A stretch of 64,000 bases of DNA from an uncultured bacterium. Lineage in GTDB: Bacteria; Verrucomicrobiota; Verrucomicrobiia; Limisphaerales; UBA8199. How positions within the stretch are numbered: position 1 is the first letter of the stretch; the number at the start of each line of letters is the position of its first letter. Location of the stretch: positions 32,001-96,000 of the forward strand of contig CAVVMW010000006.1 in assembly GCA_963749495.1 (NCBI GenBank). The letters run 5' to 3'. The notes beneath the pieces are model-generated. The model saw only the letters and a program-made list of their open reading frames with translations, did no database searches and was not told the DNA's origin. Below, piece by piece: positions 29,192-38,910 of this stretch. The position numbers were made by a program, and so were the translations under genes.

Positions 29192-30875
29192 CCTGAATTC
29201 CACGCCAAAAGTATACACTACATTAGTCATCTTGCTTTAGAAGTCTGGGGTTGATGGCCTTGAGAATGGCCTCCTGGCGTCTGCTGAGTGTGACCACGCG
29301 CGAGAGCTTGAACAGATGCTTTGAATCGCGCAGGTAGAACTTTGTACATGGTCGCCAGCTCCAGCAAAGCACTTTCGGCAGTGAAATCCGTGGTGCGCAG
29401 GCGGTATTGGAGTAAAGACAACAGCAAGTAGGCGAGATAGCAGACAAAAACGTGAGCGTGGACTCGCTCGGCCAGCCAGTGGCGAATCGGACGTAACTGA
29501 GTGATGCCTTTGAGACTGCGGAACGCCTTTTCGACGATGTCTTTGTCGAAATAGAGCGAGAGCATTTTGTCTTGGGGCAATGAGCGAGTGCAAAAGATGC
29601 AGGAGTACCCATCGAACTCCTCGACCGCAGCCAGTTTGCCTGAGAGCAGACGGCCTCGGCCATCAAAAAGGCGATCCAGTCCGGGCTTGATAGACTTGTT
29701 TTGGGCGAGAAGCTTTTGGGCGTACAGAATCTCATCGCGGCGCGACTCACGCGCATCTCGCTGCAAGCGTTCGTTAAAGCAAAGGGCCAACTGGCCGCGC
29801 ACCCCGTCCAGTTGATAGGGGCGAAGGCAGGTATAGAAGACGGTCTGACCGACCCGGTGGCGATAAGGCAATTGCATGAGTTGCTGGGGATTGGCCCACG
29901 GGCGCCAGAACTTCTTCAACGCGAGATTGAGGGGCACCGCGCACAGGGTATCCCAGTGCAAACGCTTGATATCGTTGAGGTTTCGACCGGAAACGATCCC
30001 TCGGTCGTAGATGAACAGCCCGGGGTCAAGCTGGTAACGAGCGAACAGGGTGACCAAGTCCTGCAAGGTGCGAGCGTCATGCACATTGCCGTCAAAAACC
30101 CGGTGGAAGAGGGGCAAACCTTCTTCCTGCGTCACCCCTAAACCAATTTGAATCAGGGGCCGGCCTTTGACCTCTTCCTTGTCCTTGCCGGGCTTGGCCA
30201 GGGGACAGTGGCGGCCATAGAGATAGGTGTTGGTGACATCATAGATCACCCCGGCGGGCCGCAGCCGGTACTGGCGGCAAACGCCCTCAAAGGGGCGCTT
30301 CTGCCAGGCTTGGGCGTCCAAAGCTTCCAAACTGTCCAAGGCACCGACCAAGCGCCGCTCGGTCAACCCCTCGAGGTTCAAGAGGAAGTTCAGGTCAGTA
30401 CGCTCGAACCAAGTGGGCATGTGGTTAAGGCTCCGGTAGTCCAGGCAGTGGGCGTACACCAGGCTGAGGATTTCCCGGCCATAGGCTCCCAAGAGGTCGG
30501 GCAATTGGATTTCGGTGGCCAACTGGTGCAGCACCAAGAGTGGACCGTAAAGTTTGACCTGTTCGACCTCAACGTCCGACATGGAGGCAGAGAGGACGGT
30601 GCGACCATCGCTTTGCTTGCCGACATAGCGGATGAAACGCTGCACGACCTTGTTTCCGACCCGGCAGCTTTCCACCTCGGCGAGGTAGGTTTTGCCGCCC
30701 TTTTTGATCTTGCGTATAAAGCTCATGTAGTGAATAATATAACCACTACCGGCGAGTAGCGCAAGCATTTTCTGAAAAAAAGAAAAACGCTTGGGAACCC
30801 TGTAAAATCAGCGTAAATTGAGGGTGGAGAGTCCCTCAACAATTTGTAGTGTATATTTTACGCGTGGAGGTCAGG
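29192..30875 (-). mobile_element. IS1634-like insertion sequence, 1684 bp
   Basis: 31-bp imperfect terminal inverted repeats: CCTGAATTCCACGCCAAAAGTATACACTACA (29192-29222) and the reverse complement of 30845-30875. Flanks are TCATGA and TCAGGA. Confidence 0.85.
29223..30726 (-). CDS. IS1634-family DDE transposase (frameshift near 29340)
   Basis: MSFIRKIKKGGKTYLAEVES, IYDVTNTYLYG, FDGNVHD, IYDRG, VEKAFRSLKG..LRPIRHW..RVHAHVFVCYLAY. Confidence 0.88.
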
Positions 30876-31424
30876 TCAGGAGCCGTTTGCAGTTTCTTGA
30901 ACTGCTTGGGCCACGACCGCGATGGCGCAAGACACATCCCATCTGCCCTGACAAACGCGCAAACGTTGGGCAATCGGTTCTTGCTGCAATTGGCCGACTG
31001 CGTGTAACGGCACCCAAAGGTCTGGTCTGCGGTATCTTTGGGATGTAGGGGAGCGTGAGGTCCTCTTGTCGTTCCGGTAGCCATAAACTGTGGTTGTTGC
31101 CAATGCTCGGCTTGTTCCTGCCAAATCCGTTTCTGGGAGAATACATCATGTTTGTCGCCATCGCCACCAGGATTCGGGAGATTGGACGGCGTCAGGGCAA
31201 ATCAAAAACCACCTCCCCTTCAAGTGGATGCCGGCGATAGACCCACGTTCGTGCTCCTGGACAAGCATAAACTCATCGCCGAAGCCTGAGAAGGAGTGAG
31301 GCCAGGATGCCATTCGTATAATAACTGGTTCTGGTTATTACAACAACTGGCATTCGATCTGGAATGGGCCGGAATTGCCCCTCAGAACGATCGAGGGCCT
31401 GTTCCGCTATCGTCGGAAACCTCC

Positions 31425-31739
31425 TCATCCCCTCAGCCCCTCCCGCTGGCCCCTGAGACCTGAATAGTTGCGTCTGAATAACCTTCTGCTCGCCACTCGC
31501 ACGAAGAACCGACTCCGGCGAAACACAATGACCGGCACGACGGCGATTCCAACCAAAAACACGACCATTTGCGGAATTGACGCCCAGGGGAGTTTGCTGC
31601 TGTCGTTACCGGCAAGCAGGCGTAGCGGCAAATAAACAACCAGCGCAGATATTTGAACCGCTATGATGATGACAAGACCGAAGATCCATTCCGTGAAACT
31701 CGGCCATTTGATGAAACGCTTCATAGGGTTAGAGAACAC
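31425..31739 (-). CDS. Hypothetical two-TM membrane protein (possible gene-cassette ORF)
   Basis: Two hydrophobic segments, lower GC; starts right after an attC-like end. Confidence 0.5.
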   Translation of the reverse strand: MFSNPMKRFIKWPSFTEWIFGLVIIIAVQISALVVYLPLRLLAGNDSSKLPWASIPQMVVFLVGIAVVPVIVFRRSRFFVRVASRRLFRRNYSGLRGQREGLRG

Positions 31740-31830
31740 GCTGAACGTTGCGGCTCACCTACCGCTGCTCGGAGCGGACGGTGAGCGCAAAAGCGACAAC
31801 CACATTTGAGCCGACCAGTTGAAGAACCGT
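31740..31830 (-). other. Partial attC-like site
   Basis: Minus strand ends ...GCGGTAGGTGAGCCGCAACGTTCAGC; the matching opposite arm is not evident. Confidence 0.35.
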
Positions 31831-32398
31831 GGAGTATCCTGGTTAAGGCTGATAGGTCTGGCATAGCTTCTTCGAAAGTCGGGTTTTGTTTGAGTCAGTG
31901 GCGCGTGTTTCGGTCCCGGTCATGATCCGGTCGTCGCCGGTCCCATACTGCACCCTTGCTGCGGCTTGGCCTTCAGGGTCTTGGCCCGGGCCATCACGCC
32001 TGCTCGCCAAGGCTTCGGGCGGCAACGGTCATTTAATAAAGGCATAACCAGGAGGAACCTGATCTGGCGGTCATTCGTTTAATCCTCCATGATCCCAGCG
32101 ATCAATCTGCGCAAGAAGATCGCGGCTGCGTTGTATGGTCTCCTCAAGCGGAATGGTCCCGGCGGAGGGTGTTGTTAGGGGGCCCAAGGCGCGGAACTCG
32201 AAGTGACTATTGTCGGCAGTGCGGACCTTGGCCACTTTCCAAGACGAGTCGGCGAAAGATGTTACTGGATTTGACATAATGTACGACCTCATGACTCCAG
32301 TGTTTGCTTAATTCTTCTGCGTTTGGTCGCCTGACGGGGTCGTGCCAGGCAGTCGTTTCTGATCTGGCCTGCGAACCAGGCGGCGGGAGGCCCAGACA

Positions 32399-32614
32399 TT
32401 AGCCGCCCCTGAGGTCCGTTACCGGAACCGTGAAATTCATTCGCGGGTTAACAAATTCGCCCAGAATCTGCATGTTTTTAAGATGGCGGTTGAAGCAGAA
32501 AAAGAGGGCGTCGATCCCTGTTTCAAACAGATGCGCTTTTTCGCGTTGCATCGTCCACGTGGAAAGGTCGGTCACGTAGCTGAATGTCCTTTTGTTTTGC
32601 AGTAAAATGTTCAT
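32399..32614 (-). CDS. Small hypothetical protein
   Basis: MNILLQNKRTFSYV...WTMQREKAHLFETGIDALFFC; protein-like composition, no assignable function. Confidence 0.55.
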   Translation of the reverse strand: MNILLQNKRTFSYVTDLSTWTMQREKAHLFETGIDALFFCFNRHLKNMQILGEFVNPRMNFTVPVTDLRGG

Positions 32615-32869
32615 AGACGTATCGGCTGCGGTTATGCAGCAGTTCATGGTTTAGACTTTGAATTCAGCCGGACTAGAGAGGGACACCTTGGAAGCCGCCC
32701 AGGGAAGCGGGCCAGATCACACTTCAATATACTACTCTTTGAGAGCATGTCAAGAGCCTTTTTACAGGCTTTTTACAGGCCGCCGGCCTGCACGGCCTGA
32801 AGCGGTGTTGGAGGGTGCCGCAAGGTCCCCTTCGATGGCGCGAAAGGTGGTCCTCCATACTCGCTTTGG

Positions 32870-32980
32870 TCAGGCAACAAAAGGGCCTTCTCCAAAACCC
32901 GCCACACGAAGGCCGCGACTCCCGGCTCTTCGCTGGCTCGCGGCCCGGCCACGTTGAGCACCCAGATGTTGTGTAGGCAG
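32870..32980 (-). pseudogene. C-terminal fragment of a SLOG/YpsA 'putative molybdenum carrier' protein
   Basis: HNIWVLNVAGPRASEEPGVAAFVWRVLEKAL contains the LNVAGPRAS motif. Confidence 0.6.
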
Positions 32981-33223
32981 TTCGTCGCCCTGGGCAATCG
33001 GTTAGTTCATCAGCGCGAGAGGTTTGACCGTGGGATGGCAATTGGGGCTCGAACATGGTCGTGACCCTGGAAAGGCGCGGGCTCATCACGCGCACCCCCG
33101 GCGCGGGCCGGTCAATTCAGCTCCTGCTGAGCCGCGCCGAGTTGCCGGATTTGGTCTAGCGCCGGTGCCCGCTGGCGCCGCTGAACCGCGCCAGCTAAGT
33201 GACGCCGGGGTGACGGCAACGCG

Positions 33224-34085
33224 CTAGCCATGGTTCGCTACCGTCTCCTGGCGATGGGCCCTCAGGGCGGGCGTGGCCGTTGCCATTGGCAGGCGGATAA
33301 CCTTGTTCTCGTACTCTTCCAACGATGGGCAGATCACCTTCGCCCCTTTCGCGTAAGCCTGATGCACGGCCTTGCTGGAGTGGCCCAGAGCGGCCTGGGC
33401 GAACCGTTCGGGATAACCGTGCTCGAAGGCCCGTTCAGCCCAAGCGTAGCGGTAGCAGTGCAGGCTGACGCCCTCCAATTTGAGGATACGGCAGCGACGG
33501 CGAAATTCCGCCGCCCGGTCGTTGGGCGTCGTCCGGCTCCAGTAGGGGAAGATCGGTCCCTCGGCGGGAATTTGGCGCAGGAGGGCTTCGAGTCTCGGCC
33601 CGATCGTGATTCGGGCTGGTTCGGCCTCCGGTTTGAGTTTGCCGCGATGGAACCACAGAATCCTGTTTCCCCAGTCAATATTGTCGCTGGTCAGATTCAC
33701 CACGTCTGACTGGGAGCCTCCGGTTTCCCAGAGCAGCTCGTAGTACAACCGCCGTTCGGCATTGCACTCGGTCGAGGTGATCCGGTGGTGTTCCGCTTCC
33801 GTGATGCCGCGCTTATTGCGCCACTTGACCTTCGGCCACATCTTCGGAGCCAGGAGCGGCCAGTTGAGTCAGCCCAGGCCGATGGCCAGATTGTGGGGGC
33901 GGCGCAGATAATGATTGGTGCATCGGGTTCCCAACCGCAGGGCCGCAAGCAGGTCTGCGGGGTGCGTGTCAATGATGGGCTTGTCACGGATGCCATCCAG
34001 GGCGGCGTCCCGCATGGCACGGGCGTAACGCAACTGGGTGCTGGCCCGGCCATGGGAGCGAAGTTCCTCCAAAACCGCTGACAGT
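33224..34085 (-). pseudogene. Tyrosine recombinase/integrase, 5'-truncated with internal nonsense codon
   Basis: C-terminal SLHCYRYAWAERA...AQAALGHSSKAVHQAYA (H-x-x-R, H, Y). The upstream frame ...HNLAIGLG*LNWP has a TGA at 33869-33871. No start codon before the tRNA end. Confidence 0.85.
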
Positions 34086-34143
34086 GACCCTCTGGACCGC
34101 CTCCCTGGAACCGCAAGTGGTTGGGCCGCAGGCACAACCGAAT

Positions 34144-34218
34144 TGGCTCCAGAGGCAGGGCTCGAACCTGCAACCCGCCGGTTAACAGCCGGCTGCTCTA
34201 CCATTGAGCTACTCTGGA
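34144..34218 (-). tRNA. tRNA-Asn (GTT), CCA encoded
   Basis: TCCAGAGTAGCTCAATGGTAGAGCAGCCGGCTGTTAACCGGCGGGTTGCAGGTTCGAGCCCTGCCTCTGGAGCCA: 7-bp acceptor stem, D and T arms, anticodon GTT. Confidence 0.97.
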
Positions 34219-34290
34219 ACCCAAATTGCCGGTTAACGCCGGCCGGCCATGACGTTGCCATCAGACCGCTCTGCACGCCAGAGGACGCAC

Positions 34291-34319
34291 AGTTTAGAGG
34301 CGGGCGGCTCCAGCGTCAA
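34291..34319 (-). promoter_or_regulatory. Sigma70 promoter of tRNA-Asn
   Basis: Minus strand TTGACG-N17-TAAACT. Confidence 0.65.
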
Positions 34320-34386
34320 ACTGATTCTGCTGTTGATTTCGAGATGCGTCTGGATACTTTTGAACCGATGTCTAAACTGAGGCGCT

Positions 34387-36435
34387 ATGAAGAAACGACT
34401 GCTCGGAATCATCCTGGTCTCGCTGTGCGGAATCCCTTTGCGGCCGCTGGCCGGGGCGTCAACTTTGCAGCTTCTGGCGCCGGGGCTCTTCGAAAAATCC
34501 GTCACCCGCGATCTGCGGCTCTCCGGGGAGCGGGGAGAAATCGAATTGGAAACCGGAGAACTCTTCGAGGATGACGGCCCCGCGTCCGGCCAATCTTATC
34601 AAAAGCCCGAGAACCGGGAAAGGGTGACCTCCCGGACGTGGATCAAGAAGGAGCTGCTCATCCCCAATCCGCAGGCCCGGGCGGCGTACCTGGTGGTTCT
34701 GTCTGAAGAGCCGTTTGAGGCCCTCATCAATGGGGTCCCCCTGAACCTCGGGCAAAACCAGAGCGGCAGGACGCTCCACAAAACCTACCCCTTTGACCCC
34801 AACCTCCTCCGGGCAGGCCGCAATGAGGTCATCCTGCGAACCTCGGGCAAAGTCTCGATCGCGCGGGACGATGAGTTCGCCTTGGGGTCGCGCACACGGA
34901 CCAGGCATCCTAACCGCAGCGCCAAGAGCACCGATGCGGGCAAGACCTGGGACTACGACCACCTGGGGCCGGACGGGGCCCTCGATGGGGAGTACGGGGT
35001 GCGGGTTTTTCTGGAGCACTATCGTGCCCAGGGCTCGCTGACAATGCCTGTGCTGGACGTGGGCAACCTCGAGGGCAATGCGGTGGGGACTCCCATCACC
35101 CAAACGGGCCCGATCACCGTTGCCGTGGCCGGAGAACCCGGACCCGCGGGACGCATTCTGGTCCGGGCACGAACGGGCGACACCTATGCTCCGGCCGACG
35201 AGCATTGGTCGGATTGGCAGGTGCTCGGTGAAACCGGAGGAAAGCTTGAGACCCCTCGCGGGCGCTATGTGCAGATCGCCTTGGAACTCTCCTCGCGCGA
35301 TCCGTTGCAGAGCCCAAAGTTGAGAAGTGTGCGCGTGGAAGCCACGCCCGTTTGCCCGGACAACTGGACGGCGCGGCTCCGCGTCCTGGAGGAGCACAAC
35401 GAACAGATCGTCCGCACTTCGATTCCGTTCGAGTACCGAACCCCTGGACCATCCTCATCTCAAGCAGTTGCGGGAACACTACAAGCTGGATGAGGTGGCC
35501 CAAGGCGCGCAGAGCGAGCTCGAACTGATGTTGCGCCTTGCGCAATGGGCCTGCAACTACTGGGATTGGCCCAATCACATCGGCGAGTGCTACCCTCCCT
35601 GGGATGCGCTGGAGATCTTGAAACCTTACAAGGACGGCAAGCCCACCGGCGGTTTCTGCCTGCAATTCAACCTGGTGTTTCTGCAGGCCTGCGAGAGCTT
35701 CGGGCTGCCGGGCCGCGTCATCTCCATCAGCCCAGGGCGTCAGTATGAGCAGCACCACGGGGGCGGTCACGAGATTGTCGAGCTCTGGTCCAACCAATGG
35801 AAGAAATGGGTTTACGCCGATGGCGCCCTCGCGTGGTACATCGTGGATCCGGCAACGGGCGTTCCGCTCTCGATATGGGAACTGCGCCAGCGCCAGTTGC
35901 CAACCTTGCGCGGACAACCTGTTCAGCCGGTCCGGGTCATCGATGCCGAGCGGACCCGGAACAAGCAATTTGTCTGGAATGGCCTGGGGGGCCCGAGCCT
36001 CTCAATTGGTACCTCGAACTGAGAATGATCCCCCGGAGCAACTTCCTGCAGGAGAAATCTCCTCTGCCGCTCAACCAGGGCACCGACGAATGGTCCTGGA
36101 CGGGGCATTACGTGTGGACCGATGCCGAGGTGCCCGCCGGCTTGTTGTTTGGCCACCGCGTCGCCAAGCACGGCGATTTCGAGTGGACTCTGAACCAGGC
36201 ACACTACGCCCTGGAGCCGGCAATGGAGCCTGGCGCCTTTCGGGTCCATCTGGATACCGAGACTCCCAGTTTTGAGACATTCCTGGCCGAGATCGACGGC
36301 GGGCAGAAAAAGCCCGTTTCCTCCGGGTTCACGTGGACGCTGCACGCAGGCAAAAACCACCTGCGGGTCAGGCCTCGAAACGTCTTGGGCAGGGAAGGAA
36401 TCCCGAGCTGGATCGCGTTGGAATATGCCAATTAG
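34387..36435 (+). CDS. Secreted protein with transglutaminase-like domain (frameshifts near 35437 and 35990)
   Basis: Signal peptide; GGFCLQF...GHEIVELWSNQWKKWVYAD gives a Cys-His-Asp triad; spread over three consecutive frames. Confidence 0.75.
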
Positions 36436-36563
36436 TGGACTCCAGCCGCACTGTCGCCTTTTGCCCAGGCAGGGCAAGACTGAACTGGCGAGGCCGGCGG
36501 TTGGGACGATTAGAAAAAGTGTAACTTTCTCCTTGCCAATGACTTATGCAGTTTGCTAAGGGC

Positions 36564-36580
36564 TTGGCACAGCAGGTGCC
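36564..36580 (+). promoter_or_regulatory. Putative sigma54 promoter
   Basis: TTGGCACAGCAGGTGC (GG-N10-GC) about 85 nt upstream of the porin start. Confidence 0.55.
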
Positions 36581-36662
36581 TTGTCCGTCACAGTCCCGTT
36601 GGAGCCGCGTAGCGAGCGGGCTGTGACGGAATGCAACCAGACAACAAAACAAGAGAGAACCT

Positions 36663-37871
36663 ATGAGATGGAATCCATGGACAGTGGCTTTGATTGGCGC
36701 CGGGCTGGTCAGCGTGCCGGCGGCAGCTTACGGGGAAGAGAAGCCCAGCTCAGTGCTGACCGCGCTCTCCTCGACGACGTTGAGCGGGTACGTTGACACG
36801 TCGGCGCATTGGAACCTCGGCACCGGCAACGCCAATCTGCCGGGTTACACCCCCAACGGCGCGCTGGGCGGCGCCAAGGCCGACGGCTTCAACCTCGACG
36901 TAGTGGCGCTGACCCTGAACAAACCGACCGGCGAGGAACCGTGGTCCGCGGGCTACAACGTCACGCTCCTTTTCGGGCCCGACGCAGTGGGATACAATCC
37001 GACCGCCTTCAACCTGAAGACGCCGGGCGATTTCAGCCTGAAAGACACTTACGTGGAATTGAAGGCCCCGCTGGGCAATGGGCTGGAACGTCAAGGTCGG
37101 CACCTTCACCGAACTGCTCGGCTACGAAGTGTTCGAGACGGGCAACAACCCCAACTACACGCGCTCCTACGGCTACATGATCGAGCCCACGCAGTTGACC
37201 GGCGCGCTGGCCTCTTACCAACTCACCCCGCAACTGCTGCTCAGCGCCGGCGTCGCCGATACCTGGAGCGCGGGCATCGACTCGCGCGCCAACCCGCCCA
37301 AGGCCGAATCGTTCAAGACTTACATGGGCGCCCTCAGTTTCACTTGCCCGACCAACTGGGGTTTCATGGGCGGCTCGACTCTCCTGGGCGGCATGACCAG
37401 TGGCTGGGACGCCATCAATGGGGTGGACAAGACCAGCTTCTACGCCGGCAGCACCTTCAACACCCCGATCAGCACGCTCAAGTTCGGTCTGGCCTTCGAC
37501 TACGCCCTCCTGGGGCCCAATGCCATCAACGCCACCGTCGGCGCCGTCAATTCAGGCTATCAGTGGGCTGGCGGCGGCTACATCAATTGGCAGGCCACTG
37601 AAAAGCTGAGCTTCAATACCCGCGCCGAGTACTTTTCCCAGAGCACCTACCTGGTCGGCACGGGCCCGGCGCCGGCGACGGACTGCCAGCCCAGGCCCTC
37701 GAAATCACCGAGACTGTCCAGTACCAACTCTGGAAAAACGTCATCAGCCGCATCGAATTCCGCTGGGACCATTCCCTGTCTGACGTGACGGCCTTTGGCG
37801 GCCCCACGACCGGCGCTCCCGCCCTCGACAACGCATTCCTGGTGGCCGCCAACCTGATTTACAGATTCTGA
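36663..37871 (+). CDS. Outer-membrane beta-barrel porin (DUF1597/BBP2-like; frameshifts near 37085 and 37680)
   Basis: Signal peptide, TLSGYVDTS, KVGTFTELLGYEVFE..NPNYTRSY..IEP..LTG; ends LIYRF. Confidence 0.8.
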
Positions 37872-37930
37872 ACCTCTGGGCGGCTTGACAAAGAGCCGAA
37901 GGTGCTGTTTATTGGGTCCGAAGTTAGAGT

Positions 37931-38038
37931 ATGATCATTGCAGCGCAAATTAACCTGTGCGGCCAGCGCGGCCATGGACGGAAGTCCACGTGGCTCCGCG
38001 CCACTGGCCGTCCCGGCATCGTGGGAGGGATCTTCTAA
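37931..38038 (+). CDS. Possible 35-aa leader peptide
   Basis: MIIAAQINLCGQRGHGRKSTWLRATGRPGIVGGIF*, between TTGACA (37885) and a terminator hairpin. Confidence 0.35.
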   Translation: MIIAAQINLCGQRGHGRKSTWLRATGRPGIVGGIF

Positions 38039-38056
38039 CCGCTCATCAAGATTTCC

Positions 38057-38094
38057 AAAAAAACCCGCGATTGCCCCTCAATCGCGGGTTTTTT
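38057..38094 (+). terminator. Rho-independent terminator or attenuator hairpin
   Basis: AAAAAACCCGCGATTG-cccct-CAATCGCGGGTTTTTT. Confidence 0.8.
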
Positions 38095-38118
38095 GTTGGA
38101 ACGGAAAAAGGAAACACA

Positions 38119-38463
38119 ATGAAAACAGACGACTATCGGGTGCCGACAGAGTTCATGCCCGAGACCCGGTTCGAGATCAGCCCGAGCCCGCCCGCCCCCT
38201 TCCGGGCGCGCGAGGAAGACGCCCTGGAGGGGCTCAAACGCCGGTTGCTCGATGAGGTACTCGAGCGGGCGTGGGACCCGGAGTGCAACAGCCGGTTGCG
38301 CCGGGCGGCCAATGAAGCGGCCGCGCTGGCTCGCCTGACGCCCTACCCGGCGCTGGTTTTCCCGGTGCTGTTCGAGGAGCGGGCCAATGCCGCCGTGGCC
38401 CCAGGTCCAACCGCGTGCGAGGCCCAAGCCCCGGGTTGCGGGCGCCATGTGCTGGCTGCGTAG
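38119..38463 (+). CDS. Hypothetical protein
   Basis: AAGGA ribosome-binding site; RLRRAANEAAALARLTPYPALVFPVLFEERA helical motif. Confidence 0.65.
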   Translation: MKTDDYRVPTEFMPETRFEISPSPPAPFRAREEDALEGLKRRLLDEVLERAWDPECNSRLRRAANEAAALARLTPYPALVFPVLFEERANAAVAPGPTACEAQAPGCGRHVLAA

Positions 38464-38602
38464 AGCCTGTCCCAAAAGCCCTGATTCCGTACCTTTGTCG
38501 CAGCCTTTGTCGGCACCTTTGTCGAAAATCGCCAATCCGACAAAGGTCTCGACAAAGGTTTCGACAAAGGTTCCCCACTCGCGGGGTTTTGGGACAGCCT
38601 CT
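38462..38602. mobile_element. MITE-like element with nested internal repeats
   Basis: Terminal inverted repeat AGAGCCTGTCCCAAAA / TTTTGGGACAGCCTCT (15/16 match); inside, 3x CCTTTGTCG facing 3x CGACAAAGG. Confidence 0.7.
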
Positions 38603-38666
38603 GCGCAGGTTGAACGCGGCGCGCCCTCGGGCGGTCTCATCCCGTGGAACTCTCCGCGGGCGGTGC

Positions 38667-38821
38667 AGGGCCGTTGACAAAATCGTAGCGCAGGTTTCCA
38701 AACCTGCCGTATCGCCGATTTCCAAATCGGCAAGGCGTTGGCATACCGAGCGCGCCCGGTTTGTGGACGGCCTGCGGGTTTGGAAACCCGCGATACAGCA
38801 GACTTGGAAGTCTGCGCTACG
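38667..38821. repeat. REPIN-like palindromic element
   Basis: GTAGCGCAGGTTTCCAAACCTGC ... GCAGACTTGGAAGTCTGCGCTAC; the left end is shared with 53734-53796. Confidence 0.75.
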
Positions 38822-38910
38822 GGGGTGGTGCCGGGATGCGCCCGGCGGTGTCGATTTGGTCTGATTTGTTTTGACGGTTGCGGCGGGTGTCCTTACAATT
38901 TGCGGTGACA

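Larger units (their letters stand above)
3100..34143. mobile_element. Probable degraded genomic island (heavy-metal resistance) at the 3' end of tRNA-Asn; left boundary uncertain
   Basis: Integrase remnant abuts the tRNA 3' end. Region is dense in metal-efflux genes, an IS, TA genes and gene fragments. No att direct repeat was found. Confidence 0.55.

Noticed and set aside
30819..30845. TGAGGG inside the IS end as an ECF promoter
   Set aside because: No CGTA at the 16-nt spacing; it is part of a GAGGG..CCCTC hairpin.
30880..31420. Short ORFs to the right of the IS
   Set aside because: No recognisable motif in any frame; left unannotated.
32071..32292. 73-aa ORF on the minus strand
   Set aside because: Plausible, but nothing beyond an open frame supports it.
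1..33200. Direct repeat of the tRNA-Asn 3' end marking the far island boundary
   Set aside because: No convincing TGGCTCCAGAG match was seen by eye. It may be lost or outside the window, so the left boundary is unassigned.
21555..33871. In-frame TGA codons at 21555 and 33869 as stop-codon reassignment or selenocysteine
   Set aside because: TGA terminates many normal genes here, including ATGA overlaps. Both cases lie in already broken genes at non-Cys positions.
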